A stretch of DNA of 64,000 nucleotides from positions 123,196,001 to 123,260,000 of the forward strand of contig NW_024704742.1 of the NCBI RefSeq assembly GCF_018977255.1, in the 5' to 3' direction. The position numbers were made by a program, and so were the translations under genes. Source of the stretch: Callorhinchus milii. Lineage: Eukaryota. Of this stretch, positions 1 through 11,574 are shown one piece after another (within the stretch, counting starts at the first letter, position 1; every line of letters begins with the position of its first letter). The notes under the pieces are model-generated. The model saw nothing but the letters and a program-made list of their open reading frames with translations. It made no database searches and was not told the origin of the DNA.

Positions 1-270
1 GTAAAGCAGTCATTCCCTATGTATTCCAAGTCCATGGATGTATTTAATAGTTTTCCTTCGTTCAATATCAATGCTTAGATGAAGACAGAGAAAAGCGGTC
101 TATCACTCAAAAACTGAAGTGAATATAGAACCATACAGGTACAGACATGTATAGCAGAGACAAAGGCCATTACCCTCTACCCTCCATTGACACTATACAA
201 ATGTAATTTTGTTTGTTGTTGTTGTCCAGCGCTGGCTCTTTTAAAGAAGAATCCTTTCAGAACTTTTAGG

Positions 271-1745
271 AACAACAAAAACAAAAACGTGCACTTAAAA
301 AGCACCCTCCACACAGGGTAGTGTTTCAGATTGCGTAACAGTGGTGAAGCCTGACTCCGAGTTGGGGGAACGGGGAGATTGCCGTAGGCATGGTCGAAGA
401 GGAAAATATTCAGGCAGGACTTGAAAGAGGGGAGAAATGGGCAAGGCGAAGGGTTTGAGGGAGAGTGTTCCAGAGTTTTGGGGCATAGTGGCTGAAAGCA
501 CAACCTCCAATGGTGGGGTGGAGGCTGCAAGGGACGAGCAGGAAGCCGGTGCCAGTCGAACTGAGGTGCCGGGTGATGGACTGGGGAGTGAGGAGGTCGG
601 AGAGGTAGGGAGGTGCCAGGGATTGAATGGATTTGAACGCGAGTGTGAGGATCTTGAAGTCGATCCGTTCGGTGATGGGGAGCCTGGCTAGCACTGGTGA
701 GATGTGGGTATGGAGTTTCGTCCAGGTCAGTATGTGGGCAGCAGAGTTTGGAATGAGCTGGATCTTGTGAATAGTGAAGCTGGGGAGACCAGTGAGGAGT
801 GCTTTGGAGTAATCCAAGCGGGGGGTGACACATGCAAGCACGAGGGTTTCGGCTGCATTTGGGGTAAGGTATGGTCTGAGGCGGGCAATGTGGCAGAGGT
901 GGAAGAAGGCGGTCCTGGTCAGGGACCGATAATAATAATAATAATTCTTGCATTTGATATAGCGCTTTTCACGTCGGGAGGACGTCCCAAAGCGCTTCAC
1001 AGAATAGACTGTAAAGTGAATTGACTGTATATTTGTGGGCGAACGATGTAGGGGAGGAGGGACAGCTGAGGGTCAAACCGGATGCCTAGGTTGCGCACTA
1101 GTTCGGTGAGTGTGAGGGAGAGTCCAGGGAGGTTGAGGAGTTTAGATTCTCAGGAGTGAAGACGTCGACAGGAGCCAAGGAGTATGGCTTCTGTCTTGTC
1201 CATATTCAGTTGCTGGAGGTTTACGCTGATCCAGACCTTGATGTCTGTCAGACAAGCTGATAGAACATCGGCGGACCTGGAGATGGTACTGGAGGAAGCA
1301 AAGTAGATTTGGGTATCATCTGGATATGTGTGAAAGTTTACCCTGCGTCTCCGAATGACATTGCCCAGAGGAAGCATATAGATAAGGAAAAGAAGAGACT
1401 TGATGATCAGCAATAGGGAGCACGCAAATGAGGAAAAGAAGGGGGTCAAGGATGGAACCCTGGGGTACCTCCCAGGTGACCGGGCGGAGGTAGGAAGAGA
1501 AACCATTTGCTGAGATGAAATGGAGGTGGTTGGTTAAGTAGGAGGAGAAACTATTTGCTGAGATGAAATGGAGGCAGTTGGTTAAGTAGGACTCGAACCA
1601 TGCAAGTGTGGTCCCACTAAGGTAGATGAGGGAGGAGAGGCAGTGGAGGAGGATGGTGTGGTCAACTGTGCTGAGATCCAGGAGGACAAGGAAGAAGAAG
1701 GAGTCCTCTTCATAAATAGAGAGAATGTCGTTTGGAGCAAAGAAT
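271..1745 (-). mobile_element. L2-clade LINE, 5'-truncated (RT domain to 3' tail), tail type 2
   Basis: Minus-strand translations give VLLDLS-TVDH-ILL, VPQGSILDPLLF, FHTYPDDTQIY, LNMDKTEAILLG, RLDYSKALL-GLP, LPITERIDFKIL. Ends in a stem-loop plus (GTT)n-like tail at 271-335. Frameshifted and interrupted by a SINE at 929-1045. Confidence 0.92.
929..1045 (-). mobile_element. 5'-truncated young SINE (family A) inserted in L2
   Basis: Near-identical to the 3' end of copies at 3681-3995 and 24268-24573; (ATT)n tail; CGAT duplicated at 927-930 and 1044-1047. Confidence 0.9.
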
Positions 1746-2039
1746 AATAGTGAGGTTTGTGGGTGAATTTGTAGTGCAGTGCATTGGACAGAACAATCTA
1801 ATGTAGAAGGAGACAGATTCATTCCAATTCACAACACGGGGAATCATAATTTCAGTAATGAAGTTCAGGAAGAAGCACATTCAGAGGCAAATCACTTCTC
1901 GAAACAGAAAGAAGCCAGTATATTTCTTGTTTCTTTGACTGGGAATTGAATTCAAGACACAGAAGTTACGGAAGCACTCCAACAAAAATACGAGACCTAC
2001 TTTTGATCTTCGAAATGAATGTTCCTTAAAAACTGTCCT

Positions 2040-2285
2040 GTTCAATACCTTGAGCAAACTGGGTCAACAGTTAAGCTGCTACAGTTGGCCTCAACATCCA
2101 AGGCTTTAGGGAGAGTGAAATGATCAAGTGAGATTCTTACTTCTGACCTTTATCCAATGATCCCTGCCAGAAAGTGTGTGTGGATGTTGAGTGAGGGCAG
2201 CCATGGATTTGGCGGTGGTGCTGTCCTACTGTCAAATAACCTGCCAACAGTCAGTTCACACATGATGAAATGACCACTTAGAATT
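2040..2285 (+). mobile_element. Old unclassified SINE-like repeat (family C)
   Basis: Shares motifs (acaattggcctcaRca, atccaRtgaYccctgc, cacacatgaagaatggccactt) with 5280-5740(-), 12880-12990, 16200-16330, 27975-28660, 32500-32760(-) and 45780-46020(-). Confidence 0.6.
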
Positions 2286-3680
2286 GAACTCCAGCAAAAA
2301 TCGGAATCCTCAGGAGAGCAAGGCGGAAAATTGAAAAGAAAAAAGAGCTGCCAAAATAAACTGTTAGACATGAATCCATTCATCATTTTGTTGCAGTTTG
2401 CAACTTTATTTTCATTAAACCACAGCAGAGTGTTCAAGAAATATTATCCTTAACTAATTCCTCTCAGTGTGAAAACTAGTATAATAATAATAAGCGTCTT
2501 TGCATTTGGTATAGTGACTTTCACATCAGGAAGATGCCTTAATTTGATTCACAGCCCTTTACTGTAAAGTGTAGTGCCTGTGTATTCGTAGGTGAGCAGC
2601 CAATTTGTGACCAGCAATATCCAACAAACAGTCATGAAATGAGTGACCAATTTTTCTGAGGGATTTTGGCCAGGACACCAGGGGAAACTGAAGAACTAAT
2701 CACAGATTTTGGTAACAATTTCTTAAAAAGAATTCCACAAGAAAGCGTACACTATCATTATGTAATATACTAAAATAATCTGATCTGAAAGATACGCAGT
2801 TTTCTGTAGAAACTCTTTAACTCACATTCTAATCTTCTTGTCATATTTTATGGGTAATGTATTCTGAACATTTTGGCATGAGAAGAACTAAATTACTGCT
2901 CTTTTACAAGTCAATCCTCAAAAAGAGATGAATTGTAGATCTGATGGAAAATTCTGTTCTTAGTCTGAGTCTTCATTTAAAAAAAAGCAGCAGTCACACT
3001 GACAGATTAGAAGATTAAAGACAACATCTTCAATGTAGAGAGCTGCAGTTTACTCTACTGATTTTCAAGCTTCCAGGAAAAAAACATTATTTGTTCAAAT
3101 GTATTTCATTTAATGGCAGGCATTTTTGATACTGCAGACATTGAATTCAGCTGGTCACCAGGCAGCCTGTGGACTCAGGCAAAGCCTAAAGTTATTCAGG
3201 ATCTAGGACTGACTGCAGCAATGCTATTACAGTGAGAAATTGTAGTAAGATACCTAGGTGAAGGACTGAATCCACTGCCAAGGTTGAAAAAAATAAGAGA
3301 CAAAGGTGAAATAATCAAGAAGTAAAGGTTAGATAATTCCCAACTCTTGTAATTTGGAGGAGGAGGAGGAAGGAAAACTGAAGGGAGGCAAGGAGTTCCA
3401 CAAACAGAATAATAGTGTAGTGTTTGGGACCCAGCCAAATTCTGCGTTAGAATGCATGGTAGTGCAATTAGAATTACATTACATGTATTAATAGGGCCAG
3501 ATCCTTTCAAATTATTGTATTAGTGCATTCAGCTCAGCCACTTCTGCCTCAGCATATCATTTCCCCTAAATTTATGGACAATTAGTGAGACACCACTTCT
3601 CTAACAATCAAATATTTGGTTCAATACAAGGACATGCTGTTATAAAAGCAATACTGTGATGAAGCAATATTACTGATATG

Positions 3681-3995
3681 ATAATAATAATCCTTGCATT
3701 TGATATGGCGCTTTTCACGTCGGGAGGACGTCCCAAAGCGCTTCACAGAACACACTGTAAAGTGAATTGACTGTATATTTGTGGGCGAACGCGGCAGCCA
3801 ATTGCGCACAGCAATATCCCACAAACAGTCGTAGATTGAAAATGACCAATTTTATTATTACTTTTGGTTTTGGAGGGATTATTATTAGGCGTGTGGAGTA
3901 AGGAACTTGCCCAAGGTTTCGCCCTCTGCCTGGAATTGAACTCAGGTCTCTCACTTGCAAAGCGAGTGCACTAACCACTGAGCTACAGGACTCCA
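3681..3995 (-). mobile_element. Full-length young tRNA-derived SINE, family A short form
   Basis: tRNA-like head with A box (TAGCTCAGTGG) and B box (GAGTTCAATTCC), body tgtttgtgggaYattgctgtgcgcaattggctgcc, L2-like stem-loop tail and (ATT)n. Near-identical to four other full-length copies. Confidence 0.95.
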
Positions 3996-4339
3996 CAATT
4001 ATTGACTTAATTGCAAATTCCTTCGCAGCAACAACTTGCATTTCTATAGGGCCCTTCACATAGGATAACATCTCGGAGAACTTTTACAAAAATGGGCTTG
4101 AATGCCGAACAGGGGAGAGGGGGAAGGTGAGAGGAGACCATATGTGCGGTCAAAGCGCTAGGTTTTAAGTCATAATCTAAAGAGATAGAGAGGAGGCGAG
4201 ATGGAGGGGAGAGGGAGAAAGTTGAGGAGGTAGGGGCGTAGTGGCTGAAAGCTTGGTCATTGAGGAGGGGATACGGGATGTGCAGTAAGCCTGAGTTAGC
4301 TTAGCAGAAGGAGGGAGCAGATGAATGGGGAGAAGTGAG

Positions 4340-4630
4340 AGGACCTGGATTTGTTTCCTGGGCGGAGCGAAACTTTAGGCATGTTTCCGCTAATCCTATG
4401 TTTACCTAGCAGTAATAGGAACCCGGTTATTAGTCATTGTCGGATCACTTTCCGGGGTTAATAATCCCTCAAAAAGAATTTGATCACTCAATCCACAATT
4501 ATTTGTGGGACACTGCTGTGCGCAATTGGCTGCCACGTTTACCCACAAAATATACAGTCAATTTACTTTACAATGAAAGTGTCTCAACGACATGATAAGG
4601 CACTATATCAAAGGCAAGGATTATTAATAT
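4340..4630 (+). mobile_element. Older family A long-form SINE
   Basis: Contains the extra central block tgtttacctagcagta..ggaacccggttRttagtc..atcactttccgggg and the shared 3' body and tail. Confidence 0.8.
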
Positions 4631-5279
4631 TAAAATTAATAAGATCACAGGGATAGAGAGGTGCTCTGGCAGCCCATACAACCGGCTTTAGACATTCCTT
4701 TAACTCCAGGCTACAGCAGTACAAAATTATTGTATCCTTTAGCATGCTTTTGCTTTCAGTCTATCCCTTTAATTTCCAAAGTTATTTCCAAACTGATACT
4801 GACTCACTTCTTATCAAGGAGTTAATCAGCATATAAACTCATTTTGTTATGAGTCTGTTCCATGTAGTCTGTGGAAGAAATACATTTGCTAGAATCTTTA
4901 GTTTCAATCAAAGTTGGTTAATTTTAAACTTATGTCCTCTAGCTCATCGTCTAAGTCAAATGCCTGCTTACATCTATATTTCTTCAATGTTATAAATCTG
5001 GATGAATCCTGCTTCAATCATTTTTGGTCAGTCAGGTTTTATACCCATCACCATGCTTAAGAGTATCTTGTCCAGCAAGGACCGCACTAGCCAATACGGC
5101 TTTGACTTTGAGGGTTAACAAGAGCTGAATGAGAAGAATTCCTACCCCCAGGACTAGTCTGCTCTTCGAAGGACTGATGACAGGCCAATCTGACAGGTCT
5201 GTCAACAGCAGTGCCCTGGAATACTGCTGCACTGAGACCGCCTCAGAGGTTTGTCTCGATTCCAACCTTCCCTTGCCAA

Positions 5280-5740
5280 GTCAGCTCAGCTATAAACCCC
5301 AGCCCCAAGAGAATAATCACTTCAACCTCCTCTTATTGGGTGTTGTTCCACAGATCTTGGTTGCCCTCCACAGACCCTGGTTCCCCTCTGCTACTTCATC
5401 CAAGTGGCCATTGTTAATGTGTGAGCCTTTGGAGGTCAGGCTCTGCTCTGACACCCTCTATAGTCGAGGCCACTCGACTCTAGAGGGTGTCAGAGCAGAG
5501 CCTGACCTCTCCCCACCTTGTTGCAAGCCTACAACTAGAGGGAGACAGGGTGCTGGAGAGAGACCAGAAGCAGGAAGCCTGGCTGGGTTTACTCTCCCAA
5601 ACCCTACAAAGGCAGGGAGTCAATATAACTTTCCCTTCAGCCCCAACTGGGACCAATAAATGCAGCATGGATTCAAACCAGCAATCACCCAATCCATAAA
5701 CTGCAGCTATATCTACCACACCATCAGAGCTGCCCCCAGC
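5280..5740 (-). mobile_element. Family C SINE-like repeat containing an internal inverted duplication
   Basis: Reverse-complement similarity to 2040-2285; hairpin at 5432-5509. Confidence 0.6.
5432..5509. repeat. Inverted repeat, 37-bp arms (1 mismatch), 4-nt loop GCCA
   Basis: gaggtcaggctctgctctgacaccctcta-t-agtcgag / gcca / ctcgact-c-tagagggtgtcagagcagagcctgacctc, read directly. Confidence 0.97.
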
Positions 5741-5952
5741 TTATGTTCTTATGATTGCAAAACTGTCAATAATAAGCATATACGTGACATCACCATTATC
5801 TGAATTACAGGAGCAGATAATGTATTGTTATTTAATTTACTGTAGATTTAATTCAATAAAAATTTTGTTTGTATAAACTAAGAAGGTTACATGAGTTGGT
5901 TATTACTTTACATTGACAGCACTATCATTCCGTAACCATTATTGTGTATGAC

Positions 5953-7095
5953 AGCCAGACTTAGTTGGTAGCACTCTTGCTTCTGAGTCAGGATGGTTGG
6001 GATACATATATAGTGACACCCCAGCGCCTTCCATCACCTCCGGAATATCACCAGACTACAGCACTACCTCACCCCTCACGCTGCTGAAACTCTGGTCCAC
6101 GCCTTTATCAGCTCAAGGCTGGACTATGGGAACTCTCTCCTCGCCGGCCTTCCCGGCACCACCCTCCACAAGCTGCAGGTCATTCAGAACTCTGCAGCTC
6201 GTGTACTGTCCCGCACCAGGCTTCGCGACCACATCACTCCCACCCTCGCTCGCCTCCACTGGCTCCCCATCCCCCAGAGGATCAAATTCAAGATCCTCAT
6301 CCTCACCTACAAGGCCATTCACGGCCTTGCTCCCTCCTACCTCTCTGACCTACTATCCCCCTACTTACCTGCCCGAACACTCCGTTCCTCTGGCTCCGAT
6401 CTGCTCCACATCCCCCGCCCCAACCGCCCTACCATCGGTGGCCAGGCCTTCAGCCTCTCAGCCCCCAGGCTCTGGAACTCCATCCCCCAGTGCCTTCGCC
6501 TTGCTTCCTCCCTTTCCTCCTTCAAGGCCGGTCTCAAGACCTTTCTCCTTGACCGTGCCTTCAGCTCCCCTCTCGACTCTCTTCCCCCTCCTCGCTCCCT
6601 CCCTTCCCTCCCCTCATCCTGACCATTTCCCCCCTCCTTGCTCCCTCCCTTCCCTCCCCTCACCCTGACCATTTCCCCCCTGCTCGGGTCCTGACCCAAC
6701 TGTACATCGCCTTGGGACGTCCTCCCGACGTGAAAGGCGCTCTATAAATGGAATCTTGTTGTTGTTGTATTGAAAGAGGTGTGCTGTGTTGTCAGAGGTG
6801 TTGTCTTTCACATGAGACATTAGACCAAGGTCCTGTCTCCCTTGGACATTAAAGATTCCATGGCACTTTGAAAAGAGATGGGAGTTTCTTCCCATCCTTG
6901 GCCAACAATCCTCCAAATAAAGTTCATCAATCACTTTCTGGCTGTTTGTGGAACATTGCTGTGTGCAAATTGGCTGCAACATTTGCCCACAAAATATACA
7001 GTCAGTATATGTTACAGGGTATCTGTGAAGCACTTTGAGATGTCCTCCTGATGTGAAAAGTGCTGTAGTAAATGTAAGGATTCTGATTATTATTT
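5953..7095 (+). mobile_element. SacSINE1-like Deu-domain SINE (family B) split by an L2 insertion
   Basis: Head ttagttggtagcactcttgcttctgagtcag at 5953-6024. Body resumes at about 6768 with Deu-like atgagacattagaccaaggtcc...aaagattccatggcact...ccttggccaa, then the tail. Confidence 0.8.
6023..6768 (+). mobile_element. Very young 5'-truncated L2 LINE (tail type 1)
   Basis: Uninterrupted frame from 6023: SAFHHLRNITRLQHYLTPHAAETLVHAFISSRLDYGNSLLAGLP...LHWLPIPQRIKFKILILTYKAIHGLAPSYLSDLL...RLWNSIP...FKAGLKTFLLDRAF. CpGs preserved; stem-loop and (GTT)n tail. Confidence 0.95.
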
Positions 7096-8485
7096 TTCAA
7101 CCGTACGTCTTATTCTGTCTCATGCTTTGACAACTTTTGTTTTTGTCTGTTTTTTTAAGACTGTCTTTCTCCTTACCCTATCAACATCATAGACTATATT
7201 CAGAGACAGATTTCTTCTCAATTTAATCCGCCTTCTGTCTCAGTTTCCACCAATTACCCTGCAGCCTAATATCCTCAAGTCTGCAGACACAATCGCTGTT
7301 GTCTGTACACTATATGCACAAATCTGTTTTAAAATCCTGATACATCTTCCTTAACAGCCACTGTGGGTACTGAAAATAGTACTTCACAAAATCGTGATCC
7401 AACAATAACAATGCAAAAGGTTTTAGATAAGTTAACACTGAAAACATTTTTAAGTAGATCACCATCGATCTCTTGAGTGTCTTCCTCGTCAAAGCTTCAA
7501 AGTACAGGATTGTCCCTGTTATTATAGCACAGGCTTATAATTAAATTATGTGGTGAATAAACTCTGATCTATTATATTATACAAGGACCATAAAAAAGAA
7601 CACTATGCTAAAGGCTTACAGTACTTAATTAAACTCCCACCAGATTAGTAATATTCAGGTAAGCACACACCTCAGTCTTAATCGGATTCTCGCTAAAAAG
7701 CTTCTTTTGAGCAGTTTATGGGGCTTGAGGCATGACAGTAAATTAAATCTAGATCTGGCCTGCAATAATAATGGTCTTAAGGCAAGTTAAGAACCGCTAT
7801 TTTTCAGTGAATTTACAGTTTCTCCCTAGATAGGCAGAATTGGATCTGATGAATATTTCCAAGATCACTTTCAGTGCTGTTTGTGTGGGCATTGCTGTGT
7901 GCAATTTGGTGCCACATTTGCCGACGGTCACTCTTCTTTACCGTAAATCCTGTGAAGCAATATGAGACAGCCTGCTGATGTGGAAGACACTATATCAAAT
8001 ATAAGGATTATTATATATAGATTAGGAGAATCCACAATATCTGTTATTTTTTACTGTATAATATAATAAAGCACTCCGAGACACTACCCTGTATGAAGGG
8101 TGCCAGGTAAATACAGGTTGTTGTTGATGTTGTTGCAGATGGTGAGATCCATGTCTCCAAATTTAAAGTCCAGCTTTGTTTCTGCTGTTTGAAAGGGTAC
8201 ACAAAATCCGTTACCTTGTACATCATAGATCAGTAATGTCAAGTCTTCCAATTTGAAGTTAACCCTGCATGAGATTAGACTCTGGACAAAGTCACTGGGA
8301 TCAACTGAATGGTCCATTCAATATTTATCTCATTGAATGTACCCAGATGTGTAGGAGATGCACCTCTCCCCTTACACCATTTTCAATTGTGATGTCTATG
8401 AGGAAAACTCATCAGAACTCTATCTCATACCTCCCAGTGTCTGACTGAAGGGAAGAACAAAACACCTACCTGTTTTGTCCTGAGG

Positions 8486-8607
8486 TTTAAGATCACACAG
8501 AATTGCAGAAAGTTCTTAAATTCGGGCTGAATTTGGAAGTCATTTTTTCTGCAGTCCTTAAAAAAAAAGAACTCGTTGAATTTAAGAATTTTCAGTGTGA
8601 TCTTAAA
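8486..8607. mobile_element. AT-rich MITE-like palindromic element
   Basis: 13-bp terminal inverted repeats tttaagatcacac/gtgtgatcttaaa plus inner ttcttaaattc/gaatttaagaa. Related sequence at 27630-27780, 43835-43990 and 18680-18750. Confidence 0.65.
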
Positions 8608-9449
8608 TACAAATTGGTCATTCATTCATGGCTGTTTGCGGTCGATTGCTGTGCATAAATTGGCTGCTGCTATGTCCTACAAATTATAGTCACTACTCTT
8701 TACAGTGAATCCTGTGAAGCATGAGATGTTCCAGCCACAGCAGGAATCCCACAACCACCATCAAAACAAACTGTACTCAACCTCTTTGCAATGCCCCATG
8801 GTGTGATACATCTTTATCTGCCAACCAAAACAGAACGATCCCATGTTGCTATTCAGATTTAGCTCTCCTGATGAAATATATTCTTTCTGCAGTCTGCTTC
8901 ACCTGTCACTGCATACTATGGCTTCAAGTGAATTTGATCCTGCTGCCTTGAGCAATGCTCTCTCGGTATATATAGATTCGGCGCTCTGACATCTCTCAGA
9001 AAATGAGATGCTTCCATAGTCCAGTGATTGTTGACGGCTGTACTTAGTAATGACAGTTCAGAACTGTGTAATTTTCCAGCTAATCAGCATATGTCTGCGG
9101 TGTATTTATAACCTTGTTTATGATCCCATCTGTTTCTGAGATTAGTTCGATTTATGTTCACAAATGCCTTCTGCTCGCCAGGCTTTTATTTCTAGTTATT
9201 TGGTTCCTCTGCTTTCTCACCCGTGAAAGCCGCAAACATTTTAATCATCCGGTTCATAATCCCTTCATGAGATTCCTGGTCTCACTTTCTTCCACTTTGG
9301 TTTTCTTCTGTGACCTGAGAACTCTGTTAACTCGTCCACAAATGGTGGATCCATCATACATTAACAGGAGGTGGAGGAATGATCTTTTAGTTCCTTGGCT
9401 CGATTTCACCAGTTACCTCTTATAATCTTATAAAAGTCTAATTTAGTGT

Positions 9450-10740
9450 CAGGCAGGCTTAATTGGTACTCTCGATTCTGGATCAGCAAATTGTGAGTTT
9501 AAGTGCCACAGTCTTCAGGATAAAGATCTAGTGCAGTTCTGAGAGAGTGCCATCCTCTGTATGAGATGTTACCAGAGTCCCAACTGCCTGTCCTCAGGTG
9601 TAAGATTGCGTTACATTAACAGAAAATCGAAAGGTCAATAATACTCCAAGTTACTTGCTTGTAGGACCTTGCTAAGTGCAAACTGGCTGTTAGTTCTTGC
9701 CTCCAAGAACAGTCATTGGATTTGACAGTAATTTCCTGTGAACTGGTTTGAGATGTTTCAACATTATAAGGGTTATACCAAAGGCAAGAATTAATATTTT
9801 GGATGAATCTGTCATGATTTTAAATAATGTAATAATTCTTGCATTTGATATAGCACCTTATCATGTCATCAAAATGTCTCAAAGTCCAGGATTTTACGAT
9901 AAAGTATAGTGGCTATTTATTTTGCAGGTGAATGTGGTGGGTCAATTTGTGCACAGCAATGTCCAACAAAAAGCCACAAAGTGAATGATCAATTGCGCAG
10001 CAAATTGCGCACAACAGTGTCCCACAAACAATCGTTGATTGAGTGACCAAATTTTTTTTTAAGGATTATTATCCCCAGAAAAGTGATCCGCCAATCGACT
10101 AACAACTGGGCTCCTACTTGCTGCTCAGTAAACAAAGGCACGTGCATTTGATTTCTGCAGTTGTCCAGTGCACAGTGTAACTATTTCTTGTGTTGGTGTT
10201 GACATTCTAACTAGTCTAAGAGGATCACTGCTCCACCTGGTAGCTAATAGGCATTTCCCTGACTCTACCCAATATAAATTTACATTTACATAACATCTAT
10301 AATAATGTAATATTTTAATAATATTCCTTGTATTTGATATTGTCCAATACCATGCTATTGAAACATCTCAAAGGCTTCTCAGGATTTAAAAAAATAAACT
10401 TTAGTGACTGTTTTAGTAAAGAGACTCAACCAACAGCCAATTTATACTCAGCAATGTCCCACAAAGCACCATGAAGTAAAGGATCAATTTTATCTGGAGT
10501 TTATTGGAGAGGATACTGGGAGAAACTCCCTTCTCTTTTCAAAGGATTTTTAACATCTGCTTGCACAGGCAGACAGCCCTCAGTTCAATGTCTTGCCCGA
10601 AGGATAGCACCTCCAACCATGCAGTCTATCCCCAGCACTGAGCTAGAGTATGAGTCCAGACTATGATATCACATTGGGCTTGAACCCACAGTGTTCTGAT
10701 TCAGAGGCAAGAGTGCTGCCAACTGAACAAGACTGACACC
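9450..10740. mobile_element. Cluster of old SINEs: family B (+, 9450-9800), family A pieces (-, 9825-10150), family B (-, 10310-10740)
   Basis: Recognisable heads (gggcttgaacccacagtgttctgattcagaggcaagagtgct on the + strand), Deu-like bodies and shared tails. Confidence 0.75.
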
Positions 10741-10999
10741 TAGGAATTGGTTGATGAGCTGGTGGCGGTGGTTGGGGAAGGAACATCTGGCCAACATTTA
10801 CTGGCGTGCTCGTGTTTGCATCTGACTCCTGGCAACATAAAAACAACAATTCCTCAGAAGTTGCACTAGATATCTGTGTTTCATTAAAAAATACACATTT
10901 CCCTGTAGAGTTATCAATCTTGCATGTTATAGCATCTATGACCCTTCAGCATCTTAAGATGTTGAAACATCTCAAATACTTAACAACTACTGTCAAGTG

Positions 11000-11260
11000 T
11001 CACAATAGCATTAGGTTTGGAGTAGTTATGGAAAACGACAAGGAACAATCAAAGGTGAAGATACTCAACTGGAAGAGGGCTAATTTCAGTGAGTTGAAAA
11101 GGGATCTGGTCCAGCTGGATTGGAAACAAAATTGATGGGTAAAACGGTAAACAAGCAATTGGAGGCCTTCAAGGAGGAGATAGTTAGGATACAAACCAAA
11201 CACATTCCCAAAGGTAGGGCATCCAAAGCTGGAGTTCCCTGGATGACTAAGGAAACTGAG
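11000..11260 (+). mobile_element. CR1 LINE ORF2 fragment (between endonuclease and RT)
   Basis: HNSIRFGVVMENDKEQSKVKILNWKRANFSELKRDLVQLDW followed by a PWMT motif, typical of CR1 ORF2. Confidence 0.85.
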
Positions 11261-11574
11261 TCAGGTCCACTTTGACCAGGAGCAATGTAATGTTCATTCG
11301 GTCTGCACTGCTCCAACAATATGTCACATTCACAAACTCAAAACATTGCTTCCTATTTCAGCAGCATGAGTGCTTCAATTTCACAGTTACATTTCCTCTT
11401 CACTTTGTGGCTGTTTGTTGGGTCATTGCTGGGTGCAAATTGGTTGCTGGGTTCATCTGCAAAATGCACAGTCACTACATTTTACAGTAAATCCTCTGAA
11501 GCACTTTGAGACTCTCTCCCAACATGAAAGGTACTATGCCAAATGCAAGCATTGCTTTTTTTTTACACCAGTTA

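Noticed and set aside
5997..6668. 223-aa Ser/Pro-rich ORF, and similar ORFs such as 177-953
   Set aside because: Off-frame readings of C-rich L2 sequence.
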